A DNA stretch of 64,000 nt from the human T2T-CHM13v2.0 reference genome, Homo sapiens. The position numbers were made by a program, and so were the translations under genes. The stretch spans positions 22,848,001-22,912,000 of the forward strand of contig CP086569.2 in the NCBI GenBank assembly GCA_009914755.4, given 5' to 3'. This document shows positions 41,091-54,135 of this stretch, one piece after another (positions within the stretch are counted from its first letter, which is position 1; each line of letters starts with the position of its first letter). The notes under the pieces are model-generated. The model made no database searches. It was given only the letters and a program-made list of their open reading frames with translations, and was not told the origin of the DNA.

Positions 41091-44000
41091 TAAAATAATT
41101 TGTATTATGTGTGATAACAGTACCCTGGTCATATATTTTTGAAAAAACTTTAGGGATGTATTAAAATATCTGTACACTTAAAAAATGTACTTGACATTTG
41201 CTTCATTTGAGAACTGTTAAATCAAGGAGATGACTTCATTTTAATATTTTGATTATATAGATTACAAATCTTCCTATAAGAAGTCAATTATACCTTAAGA
41301 GATGAAAGAATACAGTGGCCTGTCTTTGCTGTGACAATTTTAACCTTTTTCTATTAGTATGACAATAATAAAAATGATCAAGAAATGCAGCTAGGATATT
41401 ACTATTTTTTAAATATTACATGCCAAATAAACTATGTATTTTAAAGATCTATTTAAAAAATTTAATGTACAGACGATTTTATCAAAATTAAATTGATAAA
41501 TCACCCATAATTTACCTGAAGTGTTTCCAAAAAATTTTCAGTACATAGTATTTTAGTCAGAAGGCAACTAAATGTAAAAGAGGCTTGAAGGTGTCTTTGG
41601 ACACGAATATTGTTCTCTTTCCTATCTTCTATCTTGTTTAATGTGGGCTCATCTTTAAATTTATGACGTTAACTACGTACATCATTTTGGAGATGAGCAT
41701 TGCTATAGAAACCAAAATACATTGGTGATGCACTAATCTAACGTTAAAATATAATAAAAGAAGTTGAAATAAATACCAAAACTTAGTTAATAAGATGATA
41801 TGCATGTTTTAATATTATTTTCAAAGAACTTATTGTTTTTAATGTTTAGGATTAGTGATTATTTCACAGGGGGACCATCAGAAAGAGATCACAGAAAAAT
41901 TATCCTTAGCAATAATAAAACAATAGCATATATTGCAGGTAATAAAATATACTACAGTGTTGTTGAGTAGACAGATTAAAAACAAATCAGTGCTCTGCCA
42001 TATGAGGAATAAGATACTTTGTTCTCCTAGAATTCAGTGTCTTCTTGTGATTTTAATGCATTTTTACAGATTTCATGATATAATTTATGTGATGTATTTG
42101 GAATTATTACTGCACAATAAGTACAGCTATTAAGAGTAGTTGTGGAAGGAATGAGAGCACACACAGGAACGCCAAAGGTCATAATTTCCTTATAGCTACA
42201 GAGCAAAATACAGTTGTTTTACACATATCTCTCATGTTTCTGTATGTTTTTCTCTACATCTGAGGTTTTTGATACAATAATGAACAATATCCAGTTTGTG
42301 CCCTGATGAAGTTCATTGTATAGAAAAAGCAGCTAGGCAGACATGCAGCCACAGTAAAGCGCTAAGACATCATAAAGCACAAGCAATGAAGCACAAAGGT
42401 GGGGATTTAATTTGAATTTTATATTCTGTCTGCCTCATTCACTTCTTGCCAGTGTAATTAACCATCTCTATCTGTTTTAAATTCAAAACCCTAGGGGTAA
42501 AACTGATTACAGTACAAGGAACTAAATTTTACTTTTTGTTGTTGTTGTTGTTTATTAGTGACTATTAACCAAGTGTTAGCGAACGTCCCATATGGACATT
42601 CTACTAAAAGAAATGCTACCAAGGTTTTAATGCCTGCGTGGTGTGATCTATCAGATCTAGAAAGGGAGAGGCAAGTGTGTTTTTAATCTCCATAAATGAT
42701 AAATGCTGAGATGCTATTTGAAAACCAAACTATTTCTGATCACTGAGGAAGAGAAATGTAGAAATTTAAGATTTATTACAATTAAAATATTCTAATTTCT
42801 TTATTTAGTTTCTATCAATACCTATGCAAAAAGTAAAGGAACTACTTGAGTACAAACATTTCCAAAATTCAAGTTTTTGGTATTCACTTATTTAATAGCT
42901 ATATCTTAAATATGTAATCTGCCACTAAAACCTAATATTTTTGCTGCTTTATTTTCAACCAGATACTTTTTATTTTCAACCAGATGATTTATACCCTTAG
43001 CAGCCTGATTGTAATAGTTACGTCATGTTGCTAACAGGTCCATGTAGCATTATCTGAAAATCAATTTTTTTCCTTAGCAGAAAAAACCCTAATTTGAGAA
43101 AAATATTTAGAGAATCCTAAAAATAAGCACAACTTATATAACACAGATAGAACAGTAAAAAAGCCTACTTTATAAAACAAGATGAAAATATAATTATTAA
43201 AAACAAAAATTTCTCATTATCCAAAGAATGAATTGCATTTACCATGTTGTGCAAATGTGATTATATCAACCATGCTTTGAAAACAACAAAAAACATTGAT
43301 AAATATTATTAACTAAAATTTCAACTTACTAGATAGTGATCACAATAAATATGCCAGTCATAGTATCTCAGATATTATAGCCATATCATCAAAATGCAGT
43401 CCTGATAAAACCTCATGAAACTATACTAATTTGAGGAAGAACAACAGTATCTACTATGAGAATATTCAAAAAATGATAATTAAAACTTACTTCACAATTT
43501 TGTTTCTCATCTTTGAACGATCATCGAGTTCATCACTAACTGTGTTTTCAATTGTAGAAATACTGTTTCTGATGACTGGGATTATGTATAGTTGCTGGAT
43601 CACAGAATTATTAACCACAGACTTCTTAAGTCCACATTTTTAATGACATTGCTTCTGTAACAATTTTCTTAGAAAAGGTCATGCATGATGGTATAATATT
43701 AAATTCTAATGTGTTACACAGACTTAGCATTAATCATTACAAATTTACATATTAAAAAACTTTTGCACTTAAATGTATTCAATACATTTTAATCAGATCT
43801 TTACATAAATAGAACTTTAGAGTTTTCTCAGTTTTAATTGAGCACTACATTTACATTATTGTTCTGACTCATAAAAACTATAATCTTCACATAAATATCA
43901 CTTTCTTCCTCAGCTAATAGTGATAATTGTTTTATCTATGTTCATAGTTTTATTGTGAGAAGAAGTCAATTAGAAGTTGTCTTTAAAATACCTGTGAAAA

Positions 44001-44182
44001 TTGTAAATGCTACTTTTTGTAAAACTGAATATGACTTACACATAAATCCAACTTAGAGATGGATTACATAAATTAGAGCACATTGAACTGCAAGTTATGT
44101 AGCTACAAAACAGAATTAAATAGATCTTGTTGTATTGACAGGCGTGTGACTAAGTACAAAACAAGGTTAACCATATTGTATA

Positions 44183-44693
44183 TAAACTCATTACTTAAAA
44201 AGTCAGATCATTCTGTGTCCTGTGGGATCTATGTAGAGAGAAGAGTTTCCTTTTTGAAAACACTTTTTTTTGTTAATTTGTTTAACTATTGTATTAGAAT
44301 AGTAAATATATATTTTCAAAAGATTTTTTTACTTTGATCAGAAATATGATCATTTCTGTAAGAAAAAAAAATAGCTAATTGTATGAAGATGTGCATATAT
44401 CTCAAAGAAAATCTCTGTACCAGAAATATAATATTGGTGGCAAGATAATAGTTTTTAGTGCATGTCCTCTTGTATATTTGAAAATATATATTAATCACAA
44501 GAAAACATTGGCTAGTTTAACAACAATACTGTTTATTTTAAAAAATCTCTTTTGAAAATACAAATTTACTATTCCAATACAATAGTTAAACAAATTAACA
44601 AAAAAAAAAAAGTGTTTTCAAAAAGGAAACTCTTCTCTCTACATAGATCCCACAGGACACAGAATGATCTGACCTTTTAAGTAATGAGTTTAG
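44183..44693. repeat. Large inverted repeat: arms ~44183-44335 and ~44546-44693 (reverse complement), ~95% identical, separated by a ~210 bp AT-rich spacer
   Basis: Arm 1 is TAAACTCATTACTTAAAAAGTCAGATCATTCTGTGTCCTGTGGGATCTATGTAGAGAGAAGAGTTTCCTTTTTGAAAACAC(T9)GTTAATTTGTTTAACTATTGTATTAGAATAGTAAAT... The reverse complement of arm 2 is TAAACTCATTACTTAAAAGGTCAGATCATTCTGTGTCCTGTGGGATCTATGTAGAGAGAAGAGTTTCCTTTTTGAAAACAC(T13)GTTAATTTGTTTAACTATTGTATTGGAATAGTAAAT... Confidence 0.85.
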
Positions 44694-46076
44694 CTAGAAA
44701 CTCCTACAATGTACTAAAAAATATACTCACACAGAGAAAAACATAAATATAATTTCACATTTTCCAATTAAATATCTGTACAGAATGCTGTTGTTAATTA
44801 TGTACTTAACCCTCAGATTTCTCTTGAAATCAACTAAATTTCATGTTATTACTTGTTAATTTACTTACATTGGCTCCCAGTCTGAGTTTCAGTTTTGTGT
44901 AAGATTTCAACATTGCTACCTATTTTGCTTAACTAATATGGACATTTAAAAGTAATAAAATGCACTCAAATGTTCTCTTCTCACATTATGATTTTTAAAA
45001 CAATACCTCTCTTATAATATAACTAAAATACCATGAAACAACTTCAAAGTTTGGGTTATGAAAATCTTTTTAATGCATACAGTTTAAATATAAAGTTTTT
45101 GTAGCATTAAATTTGGCTTCTTGTTATTCTAAAGGGTTAGTATTTTTTTTTCACATACAACTAAATAAAACCCACTGTGGTAAATTACCAAAACCAGCTA
45201 TAGGAGAGAAGTTAAGAAATACATGCTTATTTTGAAAAATAATGTTCTCTTACTTACATGGTTTTAATTATATACCTGATGGCTACAAAATGGTAAACTA
45301 GTTAATCAAAAAGAAAAAACCCATAAGTTAATTTTTGCAAATGAAATAATAGAATTTTAAACTAAAGTGTGATTAATGAACAAAAACTGCTTTATAATTT
45401 AAAATATTCACTAGTTATTGCTTTGTCTTTGTAATATGTTTCAGTCAAACAGTCTAGCATCATTGTGAGATTTTTTACACAGCCAATAGCTGGTGCTGCA
45501 AGCAGCTCAAAACCAGGGTTGATGGTAGTGGGTCAGTTACAGACAAGAACAGCCTTCTCTGCTAGCAGTTATTCACTTCTTATGTATTGCAGGTGAACTT
45601 TAGATGAAGGCAAGATGAAAACGAATTAATTTCTAGTAAGTTAGAAGAAGTAATCACATATTATTAGTAGAAAAGACAGGTTATAAAAACTTTATTTTCA
45701 AAGAAAATACCTTTAAGTCTATTTCACATAATTAAACATCTCAATGTATCTTGAAACAATTTTGAATTTTCTTACAAAAGAAAATCCTGAGGAAAAAAAA
45801 CTGAGTGCAATCAACTAATGTAACTAATTATCCAAATTAGATTTTTACAGAAATTTCTAAAACTTCAGAACTTTACACCAAAGCAAAATAACATTCTAAA
45901 TATACCTACTATTTTAGTTACATATTAATAAAAATAAATTAATTTCCAAGTATAATACATTAAAATTATATTATTTTTCTTGAATTATGAGACATATAAA
46001 GAAACTCATCAAAAATATGATGTAGAAAATAAGGTTTTGCAAGATGGACTTTTTTATTCAATTAGAAATTCAATCA

Positions 46077-46340
46077 GGGGCCAGGCATGGCGATTCACAC
46101 ATGTAATTCCAGTACTTTTGGAAGCCAAGGCAGGCAGAGTACTTGAGGTCTGAATATTGAGACAAGCATGACCAATATGGTAAAAACACATGAGGTGTGG
46201 TGGTGCACACCTGTAATCTCAGCTATTCAAGAAGCCGAGGAAGAATAAATACTTGAAGCTGGGAAGCAGGGTGCTGCAGTGTGCTAAGATTGCACCAGTG
46301 CACTCCAGCCAAAGAGGCAATGTGAGATATCATTCTAAAA
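46077..46340 (+). mobile_element. Alu
   Basis: GGGGCCAGGCATGGCGATTCACACATGTAATTCCAGTACTTTTGGAAGCCAAGGCAGGCAGAGTACTTGAGGTC...GCACTCCAGCCAAAGAGGCAATGTGAGA. Confidence 0.85.
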
Positions 46341-46595
46341 ATAAAAGAAAACAAATTCAATCAATTAAAAATTGAGATGTACTACTTATTTAACTTTTCA
46401 ATGCAGTTTGTGACAACTCTGATTTTTAATTACAAAATGTTTTAAATAAAGTGTGCACACATTTCAAAGTTACTACAACCCCACATCCAGAAAAAAAAGT
46501 TTTATTTTTATTTAATTAATTTAATTTTGTTTTATATTAAGTTCCACAGTACATGCAGGACATCCTGGTTTATTTCACAAATGACAGAATGTTAG

Positions 46596-47246
<651 letters not shown>

Positions 47247-47336
47247 TAAGTACAAAATGTCAAAGTCCAGGAATTAGAAATACTGTTTCATAAGCAAGCT
47301 TCATAATCTACTAAAAGAATGCTAATCTGAAGCCCA

Positions 47337-47468
47337 ATGCCATGCTAGGCACCATGGTGGGTGCCTGTAATCCCAGCTGCTTGGGAGGCAGAGGTGCACT
47401 GAGCTGAGACCATGCCATTGCACTCCAGCATGGACTACAAAAGTGAAAGTCCGTCTTTAAAAAAAAAT
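47337..47468 (+). mobile_element. Alu right-monomer fragment
   Basis: GGCACCATGGTGGGTGCCTGTAATCCCAGCTGCTTGGGAGGCAGAGGTGCACTGAGCTGAGACCATGCCATTGCACTCCAGCATGGACTACAAAAGTGAAAGTCCGTCTTTAAAAAAAAA. Confidence 0.8.
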
Positions 47469-48734
47469 GCAGTATACATAAGATGGATCAGGTGGTTCAA
47501 TGCAAATAATAATCTTTCAAATTTGATTTTGTAAAAATTTTGAAATATAATCATTTCCAAATAAGGTTAAAAAAATCCAAAATGTAGGACACTGAATTTT
47601 CAGTATTTCAAGAACTAAAAGAAGTAAGTCATTTAAACACAACCAGCTATGCTGCTTTTGCAATGGGATTTTAGGGGAGTCACTTTGTCAGATGAAATCC
47701 TCTGTGGCCAGTGGGGCCTTTCCCTGAGCTTTAATCAAGCCTGCTAAATTTGTTCTACCCACACTACCTGGCAGGCTACACCCAGCTGGAGTTACTGGAG
47801 TTATCACCTGCCAAGGGCAAACATGGATGAGTGGTGAGAGGTGTATGAGCAAGTGTGGCTTCCAGCCTCTAGACATGGTCAGTCATGCCAGCTGTGTCAG
47901 GTCAGGAAGTTTTAGGTGCCAACAGAACTGCTAGATCACTGAAAAGCTGCAACTGGGCCAGGCCTACTGCAAGCAGCCTCCACAGCTGATACTGGGGAAT
48001 GTAGTGATGCCCAGAAGCTTGCAGATGCCAGAAAAGGCAAAGCCCCAAGGAAGGTGTGACAGCCCTCCCTGGCTTTGAGAGCTCCCTGGTCTGTGCGCCC
48101 TGAAGGGCCACAGCTCTCGTTTTATTTTTGTCTACCACAATGTGATAAGCAAGGGGAATGTTTTCTACCCGTTTGTGTTCCAGGTCATTCAGCCCTGCCA
48201 TTCAGGTGATCTCATATTATTTTCCTGCATCCAGGAAAAATGAAGTTCATGCTGCCATGAGCCCTTCCACCTGTGTCTGTAGAGATAATCCCTGCGCTGG
48301 TTATGGCAACAGTGATGGCCTCCCCTAGAAGATGCTTGAGTATTCATTCTACTCAACACCTAGAATTATCTAGCCCTGGCTATAATCCTTGAAATCTTGG
48401 TTTTCATTTGGCTTGGTTATTGTAAAATCTTCACAACTTTTCTGTCATAAGAGACATTTAATATTTGTCTTATGGCAATCATTACGCTCGATGGGTATGC
48501 ATAATGTAGTGTACCAATGCACATGTGTGCATCTGTATTCTGTATGCCTTCCAGTCGTATTCCGGATTAGCTCTATCCCAAAAGGCTTTGATTCAGTTTT
48601 CTCCATGGTATCTCAAAAATAGAGTGTGCCTAGGGTTTTATTTTGCTATATTAGCGTTTTACATAAATATTTAAAAATAATGGAAAAGAAAAGGGGAGAA
48701 AAAGGAAATATTTAGTTTACCTTTTTGTTTTTAT

Positions 48735-49043
48735 TTGTTTTTTTGGAAACGGAGTCTCGCTCTGTTGCCCAGGCTGGAGTGCAGTGGCGCGATCTCAGCT
48801 TGCTGCAAACTCTGCCTCCCGGGTGTTCCCGCCATTCTGCCTCAGCTTCCGGAGGAGCTGGGACTACTGGCTCCCGCCACCATGTCCAGCTAATTTTTTT
48901 TCTTTTTTTTTTTTTTGTATTTTTAGTAGAGACGGGGTTTCACCAAGTTAGCCTGGATGGTCTCCATCTCCTGACCTGGTGATTGGACAGCCTTGGCCTC
49001 CCAAAGTGCTGGGATTACAGGCGTGAGCCACCGCACCCGGCCT
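48735..49043 (-). mobile_element. Alu, young (AluY/S-like, CpGs largely intact), reverse orientation
   Basis: TTTTTTGGAAACGGAGTCTCGCTCTGTTGCCCAGGCTGGAGTGCAGTGGCGCGATCTCAGCTTGCTGCAAACTCTGCCTCCCGGGTGTTCCCGCCATTCTGCCTCAGC...GGGATTACAGGCGTGAGCCACCGCACCCGGCC. Confidence 0.9.
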
Positions 49044-49691
49044 ATAGTTTAATTTCTAATTATTGATTAACTGAACTGACTTTACTTTACTAACGCTTAC
49101 CCTAACTTGAATCAACTGAACTTTAAAAGAGCTTCTTAAAATCCTTCCGATTTACAGAAACCAGGGATTTTGAGTTAAGTGACTGTGAATATATAAAATC
49201 AAATTGTTCTAAAAGTGTGCTCCTATTTTTTTGTTTACAATTTTCTGGAGAGATGGTTCAATACTGTTAATTGCTCAAAGGTGCCTGACACTAGATTTTA
49301 AGATATTCAACAGCATTTCTAGCCTCTTGGCACTAGATGCTAGTAACAACCTTACCAATTCCACTTCCAGTCATGAACTTGGCTTAGAGTAAAACTCAAG
49401 TAAAATCTACTGACCTGTAGAAACCCTAGACAATCACATGGACTTTGTGTTACCCCCATGAGCTCATTGTCTGCAATCGTTTTCCTTCCACAGTCTGCTC
49501 CTTCCACAGTCTGCTCCATCCACAGTGACCTGGTCGTTTTTCAAACTGTTTATACAGGCTTCTGCCAGAGATCATCACACTTGTAGATCTTGCTGCATGC
49601 TTACATAATTATTCCCTTATTGTTTTATTTAGATATGTACTTGAAAGTCACTTTGGAAACAAATTATTTTATACTTTTTGTTTGTTTTTAT

Positions 49692-49762
49692 TTTTTATTA
49701 TACTTTAAGTTTTCGGGTACATGTGCACAACGTGCAGGTTTGTTACATATATACATGTTTTA
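49692..49762 (-). mobile_element. Very short L1 3'-end fragment (reverse orientation)
   Basis: TTTTTTATTATACTTTAAGTTTTCGGGTACATGTGCACAACGTGCAGGTTTGTTACATATATACATGT matches the reverse complement of the L1 3' terminus. Confidence 0.5.
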
Positions 49763-51257
49763 CATAAAACCAAGATGTACTACATAAGAGAATATTGCCC
49801 CTTGCCCTTTATACTAAATTGATAATATCAATTAATAGAAAGCAAACAACAAACTTCATACCGTAACCACTAAAACAAAAACCTAACAACTGGAAACATA
49901 AATTAAAAGTGTAACTTTCAATTTAAGTGTTTTAAACAACATTTTCATGGGACAAAAACATAGATCTCCTAAATAAAAATAAACTCTGAGATTACAAAAC
50001 AATCAGTGCTTCCCAAATAAAAACGCAGGCAAAACTGCAGGCCTGGCAGCTTTGAACCATTCAAAGAAACATCACACCAATCAAACACTGTCTGAACCCT
50101 GTAAATCAATTGTTTGTATCAACCAAGGAATCCATCCAAAGAGACAATTTTAAAGTAGTAAATTTTTTTTAGATTGCCATACTGCCTCCCAGGCACAGAT
50201 GAAGCCTTCAAAATTGAAATCCACATTTTCCATTTTAAACCCTGGTTCCTAATTCTGGGAGGAGTGAAGAAGCACTTGTGTGTTAATTTATTGTGTTTGT
50301 TCTAGTCTTTCTAGAAGATAAATAAACAATTGATGAAACATATTTATTACTGTTTTGCCAAACTCAGAAGTCACTCTTGGTTGAAAATGCCAGGAATTGG
50401 TCACAAACAAAATTTTAAGTTGTTGAAAGCAAAGAATACAGTTATTTCCTACAATAGACAATATAACAGATTTGTTAATACAGATCCAGTATTTAAAAAA
50501 TAATAGTTTATATATCACTCTTATTCATAATGCTAATGGAATGTATTCAATGTATGGTTAACCTTTCTCTAAAAAAAAAAGAAATGCTATTACTATTACA
50601 ATTCTGGCAAAGTTAGCTATTACTATTACAGCTCTGGTAGGCAGCTATTACATAAAAAATTACAAATTTACTTTAATGGACACTCAGTGTGTGCAGATAA
50701 AATCTGAGACAATAATATAAACTGAGAAAGAAAAGTACAAGAGCAGCATATATTTATATTGTTGAAATTAAAATTTAGATTATTCAAATAAGTTAATATT
50801 ATTCAAAGAAGGCTCTATTAAGTTTAGAATACAATTAAAGTCCCAAATATAATGAATTATAACATAAAAATACAGAAAAAAGTTTTAAAAAGTTAACATT
50901 TTTTAATGGACAAAGGAGAAATTGAGGATCCAATAAAATAAAGAACATATAGAAAAAAAGTAAAATGTCAGAGTAATTTTTTACTTGTAATAACTTTAAA
51001 TGTGAGCTCTTACATAAAAACACACAGACTGGCACAAATGCACCTTTAAAAGAACAATTCACTCGTGATTTCTATGCAAGTCTTACTTTAGGTTCAAAGA
51101 AACGAGATTGAAACTAAAATAATACAGTTTCTTGGAAAAGCATGACAACTTATTTTCAAACATAAAAAAAAAAAATTCTGGGCCAGTTCCAGTGGCTCTC
51201 AGAAAAAAAAAAATTCTGGAGATGAAAAATAAAACAATTGACATTAAAATTGACTAG

Positions 51258-51530
51258 AGGCCTGCAATTCCAGCACTTTGGGATGCCAAGGTACAGATCA
51301 TAAGGTCAAGAAGTTGTGACTATCCAAGCCAACATGATGAAACCCCATCTTTACTAAAAACACACAAATTAGCTGGGTGTGGTGACACGTATCTATAGTT
51401 CCAGCTACTCAAGAGACTGAGGCAGGAGAATCAGTTGAACCCGAGAGGCAGAGGTTGCAGTGAGCCAAGATTGTGCACTGTACTCCAGCCTGGTGACAAA
51501 GCAAGACTCCATCTCAAAAAAAATTGTATA
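51258..51530 (+). mobile_element. Alu (5' ~20 bp missing)
   Basis: GCCTGCAATTCCAGCACTTTGGGATGCCAAGGTACAGATCATAAGGTCAAGAAGTTGTGACTATCCAAGCCAACATGATGAAACCCCATCTTTACTAAAAACACACAAATTAGCTGGGTGTGGTG...GCACTGTACTCCAGCCTGGTGACAAAGCAAGACTCCATCTCAAAAAAAA. Confidence 0.9.
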
Positions 51531-53717
51531 AATAACTAACTAAATAAGTACTACAGACATTTAAAAGGAGACTTGAGCATACAGAAGAAAATGTCACCAA
51601 ATCGAATAAAAGGGGCAATTGAAATTATTAAGTCAGGAAGAGAAAAAATAAATAAATAAATGTGAAAACAGTCTAGAAACCAGTGTGACACCATCAAGCA
51701 GACCCACTTATCCATTTTGGAAGTTCAAGGAAAAGAAACAAAGAAATAGGGAGACTAAAAAAATGTGGTCAAACCTGTCACAAATTTAAGATAATAAATA
51801 CCGAAGAAACTGAACAAACTCCAAGTAAAATAAACTCAAAGAGGCACATTCAAACATACATGATAGTTAAACTGTCTAAAATAAAGACAAAGAGAATCTT
51901 GAAAGCAGCCAAAGAAATTTTGACCAGTAATGTATGAAAGAACCCCTCATAAATAATCAGGGAATTTCTTATCTGAAAACTCAGGGTAGACTCATATATT
52001 CCAAATGCAGTAAGAAAAAAAAATTCAAACAAATGTTATGTTTAAACAAAGTGTCCATCAAAAATGAGGGAGAAATTATGAAATTCCTAAATAAAAGCCA
52101 CATTCTTTTGCCAGTAGACAACCATTTAATAAATGCCTTATGTATTATTCCAGGGTAAAATGAAAGGACATCGAACAGCAGTACAAATAAACAAAGATTA
52201 AGGTAAAGATAAATATCCTGATGCAGAACAGACTGGAGAAGAGAACAGGTGCAAGATACACCCACTAATGTCTCAGGGGTCTGGCTCGGTTACTGCTTCC
52301 ATGGTTACGGGCTCAGCTAACAAGGAAGGTACACTGGTATTAGCAATTCCATAAACAGCCAATGGAAGAAAAAAACATCCATACATTTGTTCCAAGCATG
52401 AGAGGGGGGAAAAGAGAGATTATTGATGATGAAAAAGACCAGCCTTTTATCAAAAGGATGTATTTAACCATAAGGCTAATAGAAAGTGCCAGTAGACTCA
52501 GAAACATTTTGGTGAGGGAAAATGATGGCTTTACCCAGAAAGTGCTATCAATGAGATTGACAGAGAACAACTCACTAAATATTGAAGTAATGAAAAAAAA
52601 TCAAGAATGCTCTGTATAGGGCTGCTGCAGATGACAGGAAGCTTATGCTGCCTAGTGCAGATGGCTGCGTCCCTTGCTGAGGTCTTGATTTTGTTTGCAT
52701 TTAAGAAATGACAGAAACAGAGAAAGCATTGAAAGAGTGGATACTGTAAAGAACATTGTGAATAGTTTCATTCAGTTTAAGAAGCCTATTGTTGTATCAG
52801 CCAATAGCCCAGCCATTTGACTAGATGCATCCATACTTCCTCTTTGTGATTTGGTTTAGGCTAACAAAAAGGCTTGGTTTTAAACTGCTTCTATGACCTT
52901 TGGACAGAGTCCAGGTTGCTGTTTTACCATTAAATTTCCCAAGATGATGGGTGAAGCATAGGCCAATGTAATGTTGATTGGTGGGAGAAAGCTGAAAGCA
53001 TGGGAGGCATGTGCCAGAGACCTGGTCTCTCAGGTGTCTTGGACTGCAACTTTTCCCCCAAGTGGTTATGACTCAAATTAAGGACTTTGCCTCATATAAT
53101 TCAGTTGTGCTAGAGAAAAGTAATGCCCTTATTTACTGTAAAGTTAAAGATGAAGTTAAAACAGGTCAATGAGAGAGTGTGGTGTGCCGAAAAAAATCTG
53201 AGTCTCAGCACAAGGAATAGAATCTGTGTTGATGTTAAGTGTGGGTTTCTGTGTTTCAGCCTTGTTTCTGTTACTAATCTTCAGGTTCTCCATTAAGTGG
53301 GTCTTGAATTCTTGATGCATATCCAGGGAGAATTATGTATGTGGAAAACAGGAGAATAATTAGGGTAAATAGATGCTTTATTGAGTGATGGCGCAGCTTT
53401 CAGGAGACAGAAAGTGGGTAAGTCCATTTCAAAAACAGGAAATACCTGCATCTCTGCAACACTCAGTGAAGACAGGGCCAAGAGAGACAAGATGAAGAAG
53501 CAGGTTGTTAAAACATCACTGAAGGCTTCAGTGGAGAGAAGTTTCAGAGTGGGTAGCGTCTATCTGCAGGAAGGTTGTTGAGATGTATCTGCAGCTTTAA
53601 GTTTGGAGAAGACATATCCATTTGCAGCCGTGCAATCCCAAGAAGTGTACAACTCACAGTGAAGAGGTGGCACATTGTTGGTAGATCCACTTTAAGTCAG
53701 GTTATTTCAAAGTCTGA

Positions 53718-54050
53718 TGCAGGGCATGGTGGCTTTTGTCTATAATACCAGCAATTCAGGAGGCCAAGGCAGATGGATCACTTGCAGTTGAAAGTTTGAG
53801 ACCAGCCTGACAAACATGGAGAAACCGTGTCTCTAATAAAAATACAAAATTAGTTAGGTGTGATGGTGGATGCCTTTAATCTCAGCTACTCAGGAGCTGA
53901 GGTAGGATAATCGCTTCAACCTGGGAGGCGGAGGTTGTGTGAGTTGAGGTCAAACCATACTACTCCAGTCACGTCAACAAGAGTGAAACTCCGTCTCCAA
54001 TAAATAAATAAACAAACATATATAAACAAACAAACAAATAAACAAATAAT
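53718..54050 (+). mobile_element. Alu with (AAATAAAC)-like degenerate A-rich tail
   Basis: GCAGGGCATGGTGGCTTTTGTCTATAATACCAGCAATTCAGGAGGCCAAGGCAGATGGATCACTTGCAGTTGAAAGTTTGAGACCAGCCTGACAAACATGGAGAAACCGTGTCTC...GTGAAACTCCGTCTCCAATAAATAAATAAACAAAC. Confidence 0.9.
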
Positions 54051-54135
54051 CTAAATACGTATGGAATGCATATGAACCTCAGAAGTCAGAAAGAGAGTGC
54101 TGATTAGTCGGGTGAAGATGGGTGAAAAAGATGTC

